Origin: Candidatus Bathyarchaeota archaeon
GTDB lineage: Archaea > Thermoproteota > Bathyarchaeia > Bathyarchaeales > SOJC01
Assembly: GCA_020351305.1 (NCBI GenBank)
Contig: CP070730.1
Span: forward strand, 1,178,133-1,242,132
Reading direction: 5' to 3'
DNA length: 64,000 nucleotides
Positions 8,931-19,119 of the stretch are shown here, one piece after another. The position numbers were made by a program, and so were the translations under genes. Positions within the stretch are counted from its first letter, which is position 1, and each line of letters opens with the position of its first letter. Under the pieces are notes generated by a model, which made no database searches, had not been told where the DNA came from, and saw only the letters and a program-made list of their open reading frames with translations.

Positions 8931-9578
8931 CTACGATCTCTGTTTATCTTCCTGACCCAAGGCCTTTAACAACATTTGAAACACAGCTGATCCAGCGTCT
9001 TTGTCAGTCCCAGATCCACTGGTTGCTCCTAAAAGACAAAATCCACTCAGCCCTCGCATCTTAGCTAATCCCAATAATAATCCAGTAGCCCCCATAATCC
9101 GACCTTTGCTATAGATAATAGCACCTTTCTCCATTACATCTGTAGCCAAGCTCTTTGAAGTGGCGGCTACATAGACATCATTCCGATCAGTTGAAACAGG
9201 CACTCCACCAATAGTCACTACAAATCTGCAGCCAAGTTTCTGGACAAAATCTAGAACCTCTTCACTAATCTCGTAATGAGCCTCAACATTGTCCAATGGA
9301 GCTTGTGAATCTCCCGTCAAAATAATTGCGCTTAATTTTTTCTCAGATGAAGACACGTAGAGCTTGTAATGCGGAGGTCTGCAAATCCCATCATCGTTGA
9401 CCGAAACGTAGTCAGGAAAGAAGGGAGAATAATATTCCGCAAATAATCTCGCCTCACAAAATCGAATAAGCAACTGTGACACAATTTTTCCAACATTTCC
9501 AAACCCAAGCAGACCTTCTACAAAAATGGGATTTTCGAGTTTTGGTTTAAATAACTGATGGATAAAGGAATTTTCCAA
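8931..9578 (-). CDS. PAC2-family proteasome assembly chaperone-like protein (COG1938)
   Basis: N-terminal FVEGLLGFGNVGKIV motif and GATGLLLG. Paralog of 19103-19870. TTG start. Confidence 0.75.
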   Translation of the reverse strand: MENSFIHQLFKPKLENPIFVEGLLGFGNVGKIVSQLLIRFCEARLFAEYYSPFFPDYVSVNDDGICRPPHYKLYVSSSEKKLSAIILTGDSQAPLDNVEAHYEISEEVLDFVQKLGCRFVVTIGGVPVSTDRNDVYVAATSKSLATDVMEKGAIIYSKGRIMGATGLLLGLAKMRGLSGFCLLGATSGSGTDKDAGSAVFQMLLKALGQEDKQRS

Positions 9579-9730
9579 AGATGTGCACAGCTAAAAGAAA
9601 GAGATTGATGTTTTAATGCTTTTCGTATAAAACGGACACTCCAAACACTATATTTCTATATCTAATCGCCCCCCGGAAGGTCTAAAGCTTAATTATGAAA
9701 GATTCGTTTATTGTCGACTAAGGTGAAAAC

Positions 9731-11368
9731 TTGAATTCAGATAAACAGTTTGAGAAGCTAAAAAAAGAAATGTTCGACAAGTTTTTCGAGAAGAATCCCC
9801 ACTTCGCTAGCTATCTAGGGCTCCACGATCCTTATGATTATCTACTGCCAAAAGGCAACACCGCACATATTCTTGATAATCTGAAAATGCTCGAAGAATA
9901 CTTCAAGCGTATTAAAGAAACAATAAGCTATGACACTTTAAGCGATGCCAATCAGATAGATTGGAAGGTTCTGGAGAAAGCCCTTGAGATAGGAAAGTTT
10001 GAGTTTTATGAGCAACGTATGCATGAGCTGAATCCAGATGGCTTTGGCATGGTTGGCGGCATCTTCTTTGCAATGATAACCAGAGACTATGCACCTTTAG
10101 AGAAACGAATCGACGCAATCATTACTAGACTCGAAAAACTCCCCCAATACCTACAAGAATTCCAGTCTAGATTTGAAAAATCAAAACCTGTGAAATTATG
10201 GACAGAAATCGCCATAGAGTCATCGCAGCAAATACCCGGATTATTCCAATTCATCACTAAAATGACAGAAGGCAGGATCCCAGAAGAACTTCGAGAAAGA
10301 CTTGTGAAAGCTACCACCGATTTCATGCCACATTTCCAGGGATATATGCAGTGGCTTCAAAGTCTGAAACAAAAAACAACAGAAAATTGGGCTCTGGGGA
10401 AAAAGAAGTTCGAGAGACTAATCGAGCTCCGCGGTCTCGGTATGACCCCAGAAGAGATTCATAAAGTCGGGATCAAGTATCTTAATGAATTAAAAGAAGA
10501 AAGAGCACGAATAGCAGAAAAAATTTCTCCTGGCAAAAGTGTCGAAGAAGTTATGAAAAAGATTGAAAAGAACGCGCCAAAGACTTTTGAAGAAGCCTTA
10601 GAAGCTACGGGGAAAGCCATGAATGAGGCGAAGCAATTCGTTGTTGATCATAATATTGCCACTGTTCATGATGAAGACAGGCTGTTAGTTGAGGAGACCC
10701 CAGCTTTCTTAGCACCTTTAATTCCCTTTGCAGCTATGATGATGCCATCAAGATTTGACAAACCAATGATAGGGGTCTACATAGTTACTCGTCCCAAAGA
10801 TATCGCAAACATTGGTAACCATCTAAACTTCGCGAGCATCCGAAACACAGCGGTTCATGAAGCATTTCCAGGCCACTTCCTGCAGGGAACGATTTCAAAC
10901 CGAGGCTCTCTTGTGCACCTGTTCGCAGAAGGAAGCGAAACCACTGAAGGTTGGGCGCATTATTGTGAACAAATGATGATGGAAAAGGGATTCGTAACAA
11001 GCTTGGAATCTAAGCTCATACAAATCAATGATGGAATCTGGCGGGCTGTACGAATTATCGTAGATGTCAAATTATCACAGGGCGAGATGAGCTTTGATGA
11101 AGCTGTTGGCATGTTAATGAAAGAAGCAGGGATTTCAAAGGAAGGTGCTGTAGCAGAGGTTCGCAGATACACCCAAACTCCTAGTTACGCACTTTCATAC
11201 CTGCTAGGCAAGCATTTGATATCGCAGTTGCGAGAGAGAGTAAAGCAGAAGATGGGGGAGAAATTCAACGAGAAATTCTTCCATGACTCAATAACAGCAA
11301 ATGGATACCTTCCAGTATCCTTGTTAAGGAAGGTATTTGATCAAAAAATAGCGAAGCTCAAGACCTAA
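9731..11368 (+). CDS. DUF885-family protein (metallopeptidase-like)
   Basis: [10 protein letters not shown] signature of DUF885. 545 aa. TTG start. Confidence 0.8.
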   Translation: MNSDKQFEKLKKEMFDKFFEKNPHFASYLGLHDPYDYLLPKGNTAHILDNLKMLEEYFKRIKETISYDTLSDANQIDWKVLEKALEIGKFEFYEQRMHELNPDGFGMVGGIFFAMITRDYAPLEKRIDAIITRLEKLPQYLQEFQSRFEKSKPVKLWTEIAIESSQQIPGLFQFITKMTEGRIPEELRERLVKATTDFMPHFQGYMQWLQSLKQKTTENWALGKKKFERLIELRGLGMTPEEIHKVGIKYLNELKEERARIAEKISPGKSVEEVMKKIEKNAPKTFEEALEATGKAMNEAKQFVVDHNIATVHDEDRLLVEETPAFLAPLIPFAAMMMPSRFDKPMIGVYIVTRPKDIANIGNHLNFASIRNTAVHEAFPGHFLQGTISNRGSLVHLFAEGSETTEGWAHYCEQMMMEKGFVTSLESKLIQINDGIWRAVRIIVDVKLSQGEMSFDEAVGMLMKEAGISKEGAVAEVRRYTQTPSYALSYLLGKHLISQLRERVKQKMGEKFNEKFFHDSITANGYLPVSLLRKVFDQKIAKLKT

Positions 11369-13737
11369 TGAAACGACACCCTGGAGGTTTCATGCGCAAT
11401 CAAACGCTGATCCTCCACAATTTTTTCCATGATTCCTTCCACAAGTTCATGTGCTGTCGCCACTCTGCCTAGAGCATGGTGAGTGCCATTTGTCTTTTGA
11501 GCAATAAGCTTTGTTACAGAGAGACCATATGCTTCACGACCATAGGTATGGGGATTGGTGTTGATAACGACAGTTCTAATGTCTTCCTTTTTAATTATTT
11601 TCGAAGCAGCCATAACATCTTTGACTGCAATGTCTTCGTATTCCCTAACTATTGCCCGTGCTTCATCTATTGCTCGAACTTCACCAGTCCCTAAACTTCT
11701 TTTGAGCGGAATATTGGCACTTCCGTCAGTAATAATAGCCATGACAGGAATCGTTGATCTGTCCCTTCGCCTTGCTTCCTTCAAAACTTCTAGTGACTTC
11801 AACATTCCAGCAGCTAAAGGAGTTAAGCCACTGATACGAAGCTTCATAAGTTTATTAGCAACTACTCTTAAGTTCGTTATGGGATGTTGGACCACAATTG
11901 CGTCCCTATCCTTGAGAGCTACAAGCCCTACTTTATCCCTGTACCTATAAGCATCTCTATGAAGTTTTAGCAGAGCTTCTTTCACTTCTTCAATACTTAG
12001 CAGCATGGAACCACTAAGATCTATCAAGAAAATGATGGTCATTGGAGCTTTATAAACGCGGGATTTTTCTCGAACATCCTCTAATTGAATCCTAAGCGCT
12101 GTTTTTTGAGGCTTCTCTCGATATTTCTGTTTTTTTGCCGCAGCTCTTATTGTTGCTGGCAGATGTATATCTCTTGGTTTTCCATGAGGAACTTCCCATC
12201 CTCTAGATCGCCCTCGATGAATCGTAGTTACAGCCTCCGCTCTTTTTCCAACAAAAGAGCCCTTAGTCCTAACTGGAGTCGTTGCCTTGAAGAAAAATAC
12301 GAAGGGCTTGAGGATAGTTGCTTTGATTTTAGTGAGTATAGGGATGCCTTCTGTTACTTGAGGCGATCTTATAGCCTTGCTTATTGTAGGTATTGCTTTC
12401 TCCGAGCCTGTTAGCTCTGGCTCTTCGCGAACTTTCCCCCTTAATTTATTCGATCCTAAGGAAACACCATCTGTTACAGGCGAGTCTTTCGGACCTTTTC
12501 TCATCCTCTTTCCAAACCCGAATATTGGAGTTATTCTGCTCAAGGCTGTATAGAACCTTGCAATGAACTTGCTTCGTTTCTTTTTCATTGACCGCTCTTC
12601 TTTCTCACCTGCCTCGTTTCTGGCCCATATCATAGTCTTTCCTTTCGGTTTCTTTTTCTCTTTCTCCCCAGCTTTTGACTGATCCGCCTCAACATACTTT
12701 AGCCCCTTAACTTTTGCCATGAAGGTCTTTGAGATTTCTTCTGGCAAGGTTGGCTCTAAGAAACCTCCTTCCCTTGTTCTGTGGCTCAAAGTAAGCTCTG
12801 AAGCTAGTAGAATGTCACTAGAAGAGACTTCTATTCTGCCTTCAAAGGCTGCAAGAGTATGCGCAGTTTTACTGATAACAATATCCGGTCTCATGCCATC
12901 AACTTTTAAGTCCAAACATGTTCGGCATATTGCCTCAAGGAGTTTTTCCGGCAATTTGACTTTTGGAAGTATCTGTCTTGCTCTGATAATTCTCTTTTTT
13001 AGCTCTTCTTGTAGAGGTATGTACTTCTTAAGAAAGGTTTGAGGATTAGCCTCAAATTCCATGTTTCGCTTCACGACATCCATACGTCCTTCAACAGATG
13101 TGATGGGTTTGATGGCAACAGACAGAGGAAAGCGATCGAGGAGTTGGGGTCGAAGTTCTCCTTCTTCAGGATTCATTGTACCAACAAATATGAACCGCGA
13201 AGGGTGGCTTACTGAGATACCTTCTCTTTCAACGACATTCCATCCCGTTGCCGCAGCATCCAACAAATCGTCAGCTATATGATCTGGTAGGAGGTTGATT
13301 TCATCCACATAAAGTATGTTCTGGTTTGCTTCTGCTAAGATGCCTGGTTCAAGGGCTTCTATGCCCTGTTTTATAGCCTTTTCAATGTCTAAGCTTCCGA
13401 CCACACGATCTTCTGTGGCACCCAATGGCAGATCAACCACTCTCATCTCCCTCTCCTCAATTGGGAATTTTCCTGTTTTCTGATACGTTCCGCTGCATTT
13501 CCTGCACATGTGGGAAAGATCATAAGGATCGCAATTGAAAGGGCAGTCTTTCACTACCTTAATTTTTGGCAGAACATTTGTTAAAGCTCTAACCGCAGTG
13601 GTTTTGCCAGAGCCTTTTGGACCCCGAATTAATAGTCCACCAATATCAGGATTAACCGCGTTGACTATCAAGGCTAGTTTTAGTTTTTCTAAGTCAACAA
13701 TAGCAGTAAAGGGGAAGAGAATCCTGCGTAGCGACAT
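11365..13737 (-). CDS. ChlI/BchI-type AAA+ ATPase fused to a C-terminal vWA domain (Mg-chelatase I/D-like)
   Basis: N-terminus [16 protein letters not shown]...GPKGSGKT (Walker A), LYVDEINLL (Walker B), and the CPFNCDP insert typical of BchI. A roughly 200-aa K/R-rich linker follows. C-terminal vWA domain with MIDAS motif DLSGSM. Confidence 0.85.
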   Translation of the reverse strand: MSLRRILFPFTAIVDLEKLKLALIVNAVNPDIGGLLIRGPKGSGKTTAVRALTNVLPKIKVVKDCPFNCDPYDLSHMCRKCSGTYQKTGKFPIEEREMRVVDLPLGATEDRVVGSLDIEKAIKQGIEALEPGILAEANQNILYVDEINLLPDHIADDLLDAAATGWNVVEREGISVSHPSRFIFVGTMNPEEGELRPQLLDRFPLSVAIKPITSVEGRMDVVKRNMEFEANPQTFLKKYIPLQEELKKRIIRARQILPKVKLPEKLLEAICRTCLDLKVDGMRPDIVISKTAHTLAAFEGRIEVSSSDILLASELTLSHRTREGGFLEPTLPEEISKTFMAKVKGLKYVEADQSKAGEKEKKKPKGKTMIWARNEAGEKEERSMKKKRSKFIARFYTALSRITPIFGFGKRMRKGPKDSPVTDGVSLGSNKLRGKVREEPELTGSEKAIPTISKAIRSPQVTEGIPILTKIKATILKPFVFFFKATTPVRTKGSFVGKRAEAVTTIHRGRSRGWEVPHGKPRDIHLPATIRAAAKKQKYREKPQKTALRIQLEDVREKSRVYKAPMTIIFLIDLSGSMLLSIEEVKEALLKLHRDAYRYRDKVGLVALKDRDAIVVQHPITNLRVVANKLMKLRISGLTPLAAGMLKSLEVLKEARRRDRSTIPVMAIITDGSANIPLKRSLGTGEVRAIDEARAIVREYEDIAVKDVMAASKIIKKEDIRTVVINTNPHTYGREAYGLSVTKLIAQKTNGTHHALGRVATAHELVEGIMEKIVEDQRLIAHETSRVSFH

Positions 13738-13950
13738 TCGCTCTCAGAATAGACTAAAGAATCAGAATCATATAAGCTATGAGTTTTATCACCTGTGGCT
13801 ACTTGTTTGGAGTCAACTAGAGTTACCGAGTCCAAATTGCACGCATGCAAAACATTTTACTACATAAGACCGCACAGAGTTATCGATTTGGACTCACAAT
13901 CACGGGATAACCAGAAAATAAGCCTGGAACTACTTAACCAAAAAAAATAC

Positions 13951-14667
13951 ATGAAAATACTCTGCTACCCTATACCAAAAACAGAAGAATTCAAGCGCCG
14001 TCTCAAGGAACTAGAAACACTAAATGTAACGGAAATTGAATTCACAGGTACAAAACAAGTATGCAGCATCCCAGTATTAGGGAAAGGCTACGTAGGAATA
14101 GTGGTTAAAGCCCACAGAAAAAACCAAAAAATAGCTCTAAAGATTCGCAGAATAGACTCAAACAGACAATCGATGGAACATGAAGCAGAAATGCTGAGAA
14201 AAGCAAACAGCGTGAATGTGGGGCCCAAACTAATTGGAGCCACAAAAAATTTTCTATTAATGGAGTATATAGAAGGTATTTTGCTTTCAGACTGGCTTAG
14301 AATCCTTGAAGGAAAGAGCACAAGAAATAGACTACGCCACGTTTTACGGTCAATTTTAGAGCAAGGCTGGAAATTAGATAAAATGGGGCTGGATCATGGA
14401 GAACTAAGCCATGCACCAAAGCACATAATTATCAAGCCAAATGACACGCCCTATCTTGTAGATTTCGAAACTGCAAGTATTTCTAGGCATGTCTCTAACG
14501 TCACTTCCCTCTGTCAATATCTTTTCATAGGAAGCCCCCTCGCCCAACTAATCCAGAGAAAACTCGATGTCATTAAAAGAGACAATTTGGTGAACGCCTT
14601 AAGAAGTTACAAGAAAAATAGGATCAGAAGAAATTTCCAAGCAGTTCTTGAAAAATGTGGACTCTAA
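13951..14667 (+). CDS. small RIO/Bud32-like protein kinase (COG2112-like)
   Basis: GKGYVGIVVKA...IALKIRR, LLMEYIEG, HGELS..KHIII, and YLVDFETAS (DFG-like). The internal ATG at 13951 is preferred because the 52-codon upstream extension has no kinase-like sequence. Confidence 0.65.
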   Translation: MKILCYPIPKTEEFKRRLKELETLNVTEIEFTGTKQVCSIPVLGKGYVGIVVKAHRKNQKIALKIRRIDSNRQSMEHEAEMLRKANSVNVGPKLIGATKNFLLMEYIEGILLSDWLRILEGKSTRNRLRHVLRSILEQGWKLDKMGLDHGELSHAPKHIIIKPNDTPYLVDFETASISRHVSNVTSLCQYLFIGSPLAQLIQRKLDVIKRDNLVNALRSYKKNRIRRNFQAVLEKCGL

Positions 14668-14678
14668 AATTGCTTTTT

Positions 14679-15650
14679 TTAAGTTATATATAGTAATGCG
14701 TAAGTAAAGGAATATAAAGAGATGAACAATACTCCGGCCTTTCTATCAACTTTTTTTCTTAGTGAAAGCGTAATTATTACAACCAGAGAGGCGATTATTG
14801 CGTAGAAAATGAGCGAAAGAAATCGTGCACGTGTAAAAGATTCAACAAGTACAGGTGTTGGAAAGAATAATTGTCCTATCGAAATGGAGACAGTGGCATC
14901 GACTATGCAGCTTCCTATTATGTCTCCTATCGCAAGTTCGTACTGCCGCTTGTGGATCGCTCTCAAATCAACTGCAAGCTCAGGTAAAGATGTACCAATT
15001 GCGAGTCCAAAAAAACTGATGAAAAACTCAGAGATCCCCAGCTCACGTGATAAGCTTATAACTGATTGTACAACTGCTATTCCCCCGATAGCAACGCCTA
15101 CAAAACCTAGAGCTGCAATCACCAAGTGGTATAGATAATGTCTACTTGGTTGTGACACATGCTGCCTTTTCTTTGCAATCTTCTTAGTTGAGGTCCTTCT
15201 TATAATGAAAAGGAAAACAGGCCAGCTAGCTATCAGTAGAAGTGCTTTTTCTCTAGTGAAGCCAGTTAGTACAACAGCCGTAGCAAGTGCAATTGCCAAT
15301 ACCTCAAAAGCGCCAATAATTAGGGTTTCTTTTCGTTTCACTCGAAAACCTTTGCCTAGAAAGGGTAGAAGCCCCAACACCAAAGTAATCTGCGTTAGGA
15401 CAGATCCAAGAGAATCTCCAACATCAATATCTCCATGCCCACTTGCACATGAAATAATTGAATTCGCGATTTCAGGAAGATCTGTGCCTACAGAAACCAG
15501 TATAAGCCCTATCATAAGAGAAGAAATCCCTAATGCAGAAGCACAATGAATTGAGTGCTCAACAGCTTTGTCACTGGAAATATTCAAGAGAACTATTCCG
15601 GAAATCAGTACTGCAATGGCGAATGCTACACCAAAGATCAATAAAGGCAC
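14679..15650 (-). CDS. sodium/calcium exchanger family (CaCA) membrane protein, second paralog
   Basis: GDSLGSVLTQITLVLG and GTSLPELAVDL alpha-repeats. GTG start. Confidence 0.85.
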   Translation of the reverse strand: MPLLIFGVAFAIAVLISGIVLLNISSDKAVEHSIHCASALGISSLMIGLILVSVGTDLPEIANSIISCASGHGDIDVGDSLGSVLTQITLVLGLLPFLGKGFRVKRKETLIIGAFEVLAIALATAVVLTGFTREKALLLIASWPVFLFIIRRTSTKKIAKKRQHVSQPSRHYLYHLVIAALGFVGVAIGGIAVVQSVISLSRELGISEFFISFFGLAIGTSLPELAVDLRAIHKRQYELAIGDIIGSCIVDATVSISIGQLFFPTPVLVESFTRARFLSLIFYAIIASLVVIITLSLRKKVDRKAGVLFISLYSFTYALLYIT

Positions 15651-15835
15651 CTTTGCATGCAGTATTATTCTTAAAAAGAGTCTTATAAAGACGAGTTGAT
15701 CAACTCGAGTCTAAGCTATGTGAAACTCTAGAAGGAAACGTTTGCGATTAAAGAAGAAAGTTTACACAGTGTAAACATGCATCAATGGCACGATTTGATT
15801 ATCTGTGAATAGGTGAGGTAACATGAGAATTTCGG

Positions 15836-16042
15836 CTATTCCATGGCGTCTATGGAAATCAGGTGCTTTTCCTGCATTCGCTTTGTCGTGTATTCTACCA
15901 ACACCATATATTCCTTGTCACTTAAGACATGGTTTGCGTGAGCTAAAATCTCCAGGCATATTCCCTTAAACACAAGATCAGCACTACCTGTCTTGGCATC
16001 ATCAATCAACTCCTTACAAACTTGTAGCAAAACGCTATTCAA
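15836..16042 (-). CDS. hypothetical protein
   Basis: 68-aa ORF with TTG start and no recognisable motif. Confidence 0.25.
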   Translation of the reverse strand: MNSVLLQVCKELIDDAKTGSADLVFKGICLEILAHANHVLSDKEYMVLVEYTTKRMQEKHLISIDAME

Positions 16043-16183
16043 ATGATTTCACCTCGATCAGAACTCAAGGAGATAAATCATTAACCTTTACGACTTAGAA
16101 ATTCATATTCAGAAGAACTTTTCGTATTAGATGGATACTTCTTAACTTGCGAAAATGATCATATTGTAGATAGCTCTTGAGAA

Positions 16184-16531
16184 TTATTCATGATGAGGAA
16201 CCAGGCAAAGAAATTTCAGGTCTTTTGTTCCTTCATTTCTAAAGTGATGAATCGTATTTGGCGGGATGAAGACTGCATAGCCAGGTCCGACTTTTATCCG
16301 CTGACTACCACAAACAACCAAGCACTCGCCATCTAAAATAAAGACCTCATGCTCCCACTCGTGAGAATGGTTTGGGGAATGCCCTTTAGGAGCCATTTCA
16401 AAGTACCGCATTGCAAAGTGCGCTGCTCCATCTTCTTTCGTAATAAGCCAACGAATTTTTGTACCTTCAGCTCCACACTTTGTGACTTCACTTACCTCGG
16501 CTTCAGAAAAGTGAAGTGTTTTGAATCCCAT
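16184..16531 (-). CDS. cupin-domain protein
   Basis: HSHEWEHEVFILDG ... FIPPNTIHHFRNEG cupin motifs 1 and 2. Confidence 0.8.
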   Translation of the reverse strand: MGFKTLHFSEAEVSEVTKCGAEGTKIRWLITKEDGAAHFAMRYFEMAPKGHSPNHSHEWEHEVFILDGECLVVCGSQRIKVGPGYAVFIPPNTIHHFRNEGTKDLKFLCLVPHHE

Positions 16532-16694
16532 TGAAATTCACAGGAACAAGAAGGGAGGGTGAATTATTTAAGGCTAGCTAAGCTCTCCGATCAACATGTG
16601 TCACTTTCTGAAATATGTCAATCTTGAGAATATCTGCTTAATTGATGAAAAGTGTAGTTTCTTCTAGAGCTGTTATCTAGAAAGGTTGTCTAGC

Positions 16695-17351
16695 ATGGTC
16701 AAGAAAGGCATTGCAACCTGGATTTTAGGTTTTTTAACCTTATTAGCTGGCTTACATGCGCTAGATGGTTTTCTATGGATGGTTAATGTTCAGAATGACT
16801 CCCTTTTTTTAGCACTCTATCCATTCTCTGGAGCTGCCAGATCAGTTAGTCCAGAGTTATACTTTTTTTGCATGCTAGCAGCAGTGTTTTTTCTATGGGG
16901 TGGAACAGCAGTAGTGGCAGTACGGAATCCCATTGAAAGTTTCTTGGCTAAAGTGTTGGAGGATGGGAAAAGAGAGAATCAAGCTGATGTTGAACTTTTG
17001 GAAACCAGAACCTCCATTCTGGAAATGATGAGTGGAACCTTAGAAAATAATAGTAAGTTACTAGCGGGTTTGCGAGATGTAGTTTTCAACATACGCAGCG
17101 AAGTCCTGAGTATTGAACCTATGAGGAGGAAGGTAGGCGAGTTGAAAGGGGATGTAGATAGCTTAAGGAAGACTTTGAAGCACCTAGAAAGAGAGATTAA
17201 GAAAAGCAAGCTGTGCCCAGCTTGCGGTCGAGAGGTGCTGACAAAATTTAGATTGTGCCCTTACTGTGGGGAGATTCTGCTAAAGCCTCCAACAAATGGT
17301 GAAATCCCAATATTAGCTCCTTTGCCTACGCTAAGGGGCAAAGGGAAGTAG
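16695..17351 (+). CDS. membrane protein with coiled-coil region and C-terminal zinc ribbon
   Basis: Two N-terminal hydrophobic helices, a heptad-like central region, and C-terminal CPACG-x11-CPYCG. Confidence 0.55.
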   Translation: MVKKGIATWILGFLTLLAGLHALDGFLWMVNVQNDSLFLALYPFSGAARSVSPELYFFCMLAAVFFLWGGTAVVAVRNPIESFLAKVLEDGKRENQADVELLETRTSILEMMSGTLENNSKLLAGLRDVVFNIRSEVLSIEPMRRKVGELKGDVDSLRKTLKHLEREIKKSKLCPACGREVLTKFRLCPYCGEILLKPPTNGEIPILAPLPTLRGKGK

Positions 17352-17580
17352 AATGCTATTGACAATGTATTTATAAATACGATTAGATGCCTGCACGAGG
17401 CTCCTTAGTCAGGTGCGATTGCAACAGCAATTCTCATTGTGATCAGCTTGAGATTATATTGTTATATGATAAATTTTGTATTGTGAGCTAAAAACAGGAA
17501 ATTTGCTAGGCTTCAATGAACAATGTAATGCGACAATATGCGCGCTCGTGAACTTAGTCATTACATCTTCATTGTTAATG

Positions 17581-17588
17581 TTTATATT
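17581..17588 (+). promoter_or_regulatory. putative TATA box for the L44e-S27e-aIF2alpha-Nop10 operon
   Basis: TTTATATT lies about 50 nt upstream of the rpl44e ATG. Called by eye only. Confidence 0.3.
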
Positions 17589-17637
17589 GTTGGTTCTTGT
17601 CTAACCTAAACGCAACAAGCATGCCTGTGCGCAAATC

Positions 17638-17922
17638 ATGAATGTCCCAAAATCAATCAACACATATTGCCCAAAGTGCAAGGTTCATACGCAACATTCT
17701 GTAAGCCTTTACAAGGCTGGAAAGCGCCGTGTTCTTGCTGTTGGCGCTCGTCGACATGAAAGAGAAAAACATGGATACGGTGGTCAAGGATGGCCTCTCC
17801 AGAAAAAATTCGCAAAGACGACCAAAAAACAAACTCTCAAGCTTAAATGTCAAAAGTGTGGTTTTATCATCCAGAAGAAGGGTATGCGTCTAAGAAAGAT
17901 TACTGTGGGAGGTCAAACATAA
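17638..17922 (+). CDS. rpl44e: 50S ribosomal protein L44e (eL42)
   Basis: CPKCKVHTQH...GGQ...KCQKCG zinc-ribbon pattern, 94 aa, in the conserved operon context. Confidence 0.95.
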   Translation: MNVPKSINTYCPKCKVHTQHSVSLYKAGKRRVLAVGARRHEREKHGYGGQGWPLQKKFAKTTKKQTLKLKCQKCGFIIQKKGMRLRKITVGGQT

Positions 17923-17924
17923 TC

Positions 17925-18125
17925 ATGAGCACAGATTGGGAAACTCTAATACCTAAACCCAAATCTTATTTCCTCCGTGTTCGTTGTCCCGATTGTGGTA
18001 ATGAGCAGGTAATTTATAGCAATCCTACAAATGTCGTGAAATGTAACATATGCAAAATCATCCTTGCTACCCCAACTGGGGGCAAAGCAAGGATCAATGG
18101 CGAAATCACTGCTATATTGGAGTGA
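17925..18125 (+). CDS. rps27e: 30S ribosomal protein S27e (eS27)
   Basis: FLRVRCPDCGNEQVIYSNPTNVVKCNICKIILATPTGGKA. The ATG lies 2 nt after the L44e stop. Confidence 0.95.
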   Translation: MSTDWETLIPKPKSYFLRVRCPDCGNEQVIYSNPTNVVKCNICKIILATPTGGKARINGEITAILE

Positions 18126-18137
18126 GGTGAAAATACT

Positions 18138-18935
18138 GTGACCCCGTTGAAAAGAATTGAATGGCCTGAGCGAGGTGAACTCGTCCTTGCCACAGTTAAA
18201 AAAGTCACTGATTATGGCGCTTATGTCACTCTTGAGGAATATGGCAACAAAGAGGGTCTGCTCCACCGAAGCGAAATCAGCACAAGTTGGGTTCGCAACA
18301 TACGTAATCATGTTCGCGAGGGCCAAAAACTAGTCCTAAAAATCCTACGAGTTAGCCCAGAAAAGAAGCACATAGATCTTTCTCGCAAACGAGTCACTAA
18401 ACGCGAAAGAATAAACAAACTTCTCACCTTTAAACATGAGCGGAAAGCTGAAACATTACTCCGTATCGCAGCGGAAAGACTCAACAAATCTCTTGAAGAA
18501 GTAACGGAGAAAGCTGCCATTCCTATGGAAGAAGCCTTCGGTGACCTTTACACCGCTCTCGAGGAAACATGCCGCCAAGGCCCCGAAGTACTAACAAAAC
18601 TCGACATACCCCAAGATATAACCCTAACATTGGCAGAGCTGGCAAAAGAAAAGATTCGACCCCCTCTGGTTGAAATAAAGGGAGCACTCCAACTCGTTAG
18701 CACCAAGCCCGAAGGCGTCAACTTAATAAAAAAAAGTCTCACAGCAGCACAAAAGACCCCCACTCCCAACAACACAAGAATCCACATCTACACAATCGCA
18801 GCCCCAAAATACCGCTTGAAAGTAGAAGCTGAAAACTACAAACACGCCGAATCCGTACTACAAAAATCTGCGGAAGCTGCTATAAAGGCAATCACAAAAA
18901 CAGGTGGAAAAGGTAGATTCACAAGGGAAAAATGA
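18138..18935 (+). CDS. eif2a: translation initiation factor aIF-2 alpha subunit
   Basis: N-terminal S1 domain (GELVLATVKKVTDYGAYVTLEEY...GLLHRSEIS), 265 aa, conserved context. Confidence 0.95.
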   Translation: MTPLKRIEWPERGELVLATVKKVTDYGAYVTLEEYGNKEGLLHRSEISTSWVRNIRNHVREGQKLVLKILRVSPEKKHIDLSRKRVTKRERINKLLTFKHERKAETLLRIAAERLNKSLEEVTEKAAIPMEEAFGDLYTALEETCRQGPEVLTKLDIPQDITLTLAELAKEKIRPPLVEIKGALQLVSTKPEGVNLIKKSLTAAQKTPTPNNTRIHIYTIAAPKYRLKVEAENYKHAESVLQKSAEAAIKAITKTGGKGRFTREK

Positions 18936-18936
18936 C

Positions 18937-19119
18937 ATGGGATGGCTCCTCAGAAAATGCAAAAGATGCAGCCTCTACACACTGAAGAGAATCAGGTGCC
19001 CAAAATGTGGGGGCAAAGTTCACATTCCCCAACCCGCAAAATTCTCGCCTAACGACAAATATGCTAGGCATCGCATAACCTTGAAAAAAGAAGGCCCTGA
19101 ACATGAAAACAAAAATTGA
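18937..19119 (+). CDS. nop10: H/ACA RNP protein Nop10
   Basis: LRKCKRC..YTL...CPKCGGK...PAKFSPNDKY. The ATG lies 1 nt after the aIF2alpha stop. Confidence 0.9.
   Translation: MGWLLRKCKRCSLYTLKRIRCPKCGGKVHIPQPAKFSPNDKYARHRITLKKEGPEHENKN

Noticed and set aside
12085-12414. Numerous 60-140-aa ORFs antisense to or nested in large genes (e.g. 12085-12414, 35579-35842, 52131-52562, 57290-57646, 61903-62205)
   Set aside because: These are shadow ORFs inside confidently identified conserved genes, with no motifs or translation signals.
13795-13950. Long N-terminal extension of the kinase ORF in the track; similar extensions at 4128-4160, 23299-23364, 30153-30308 and 56847-56957
   Set aside because: The extensions lack family-like sequence and would overlap or crowd divergent neighbours. 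Internal ATG/TTG starts give N-termini matching the respective families.
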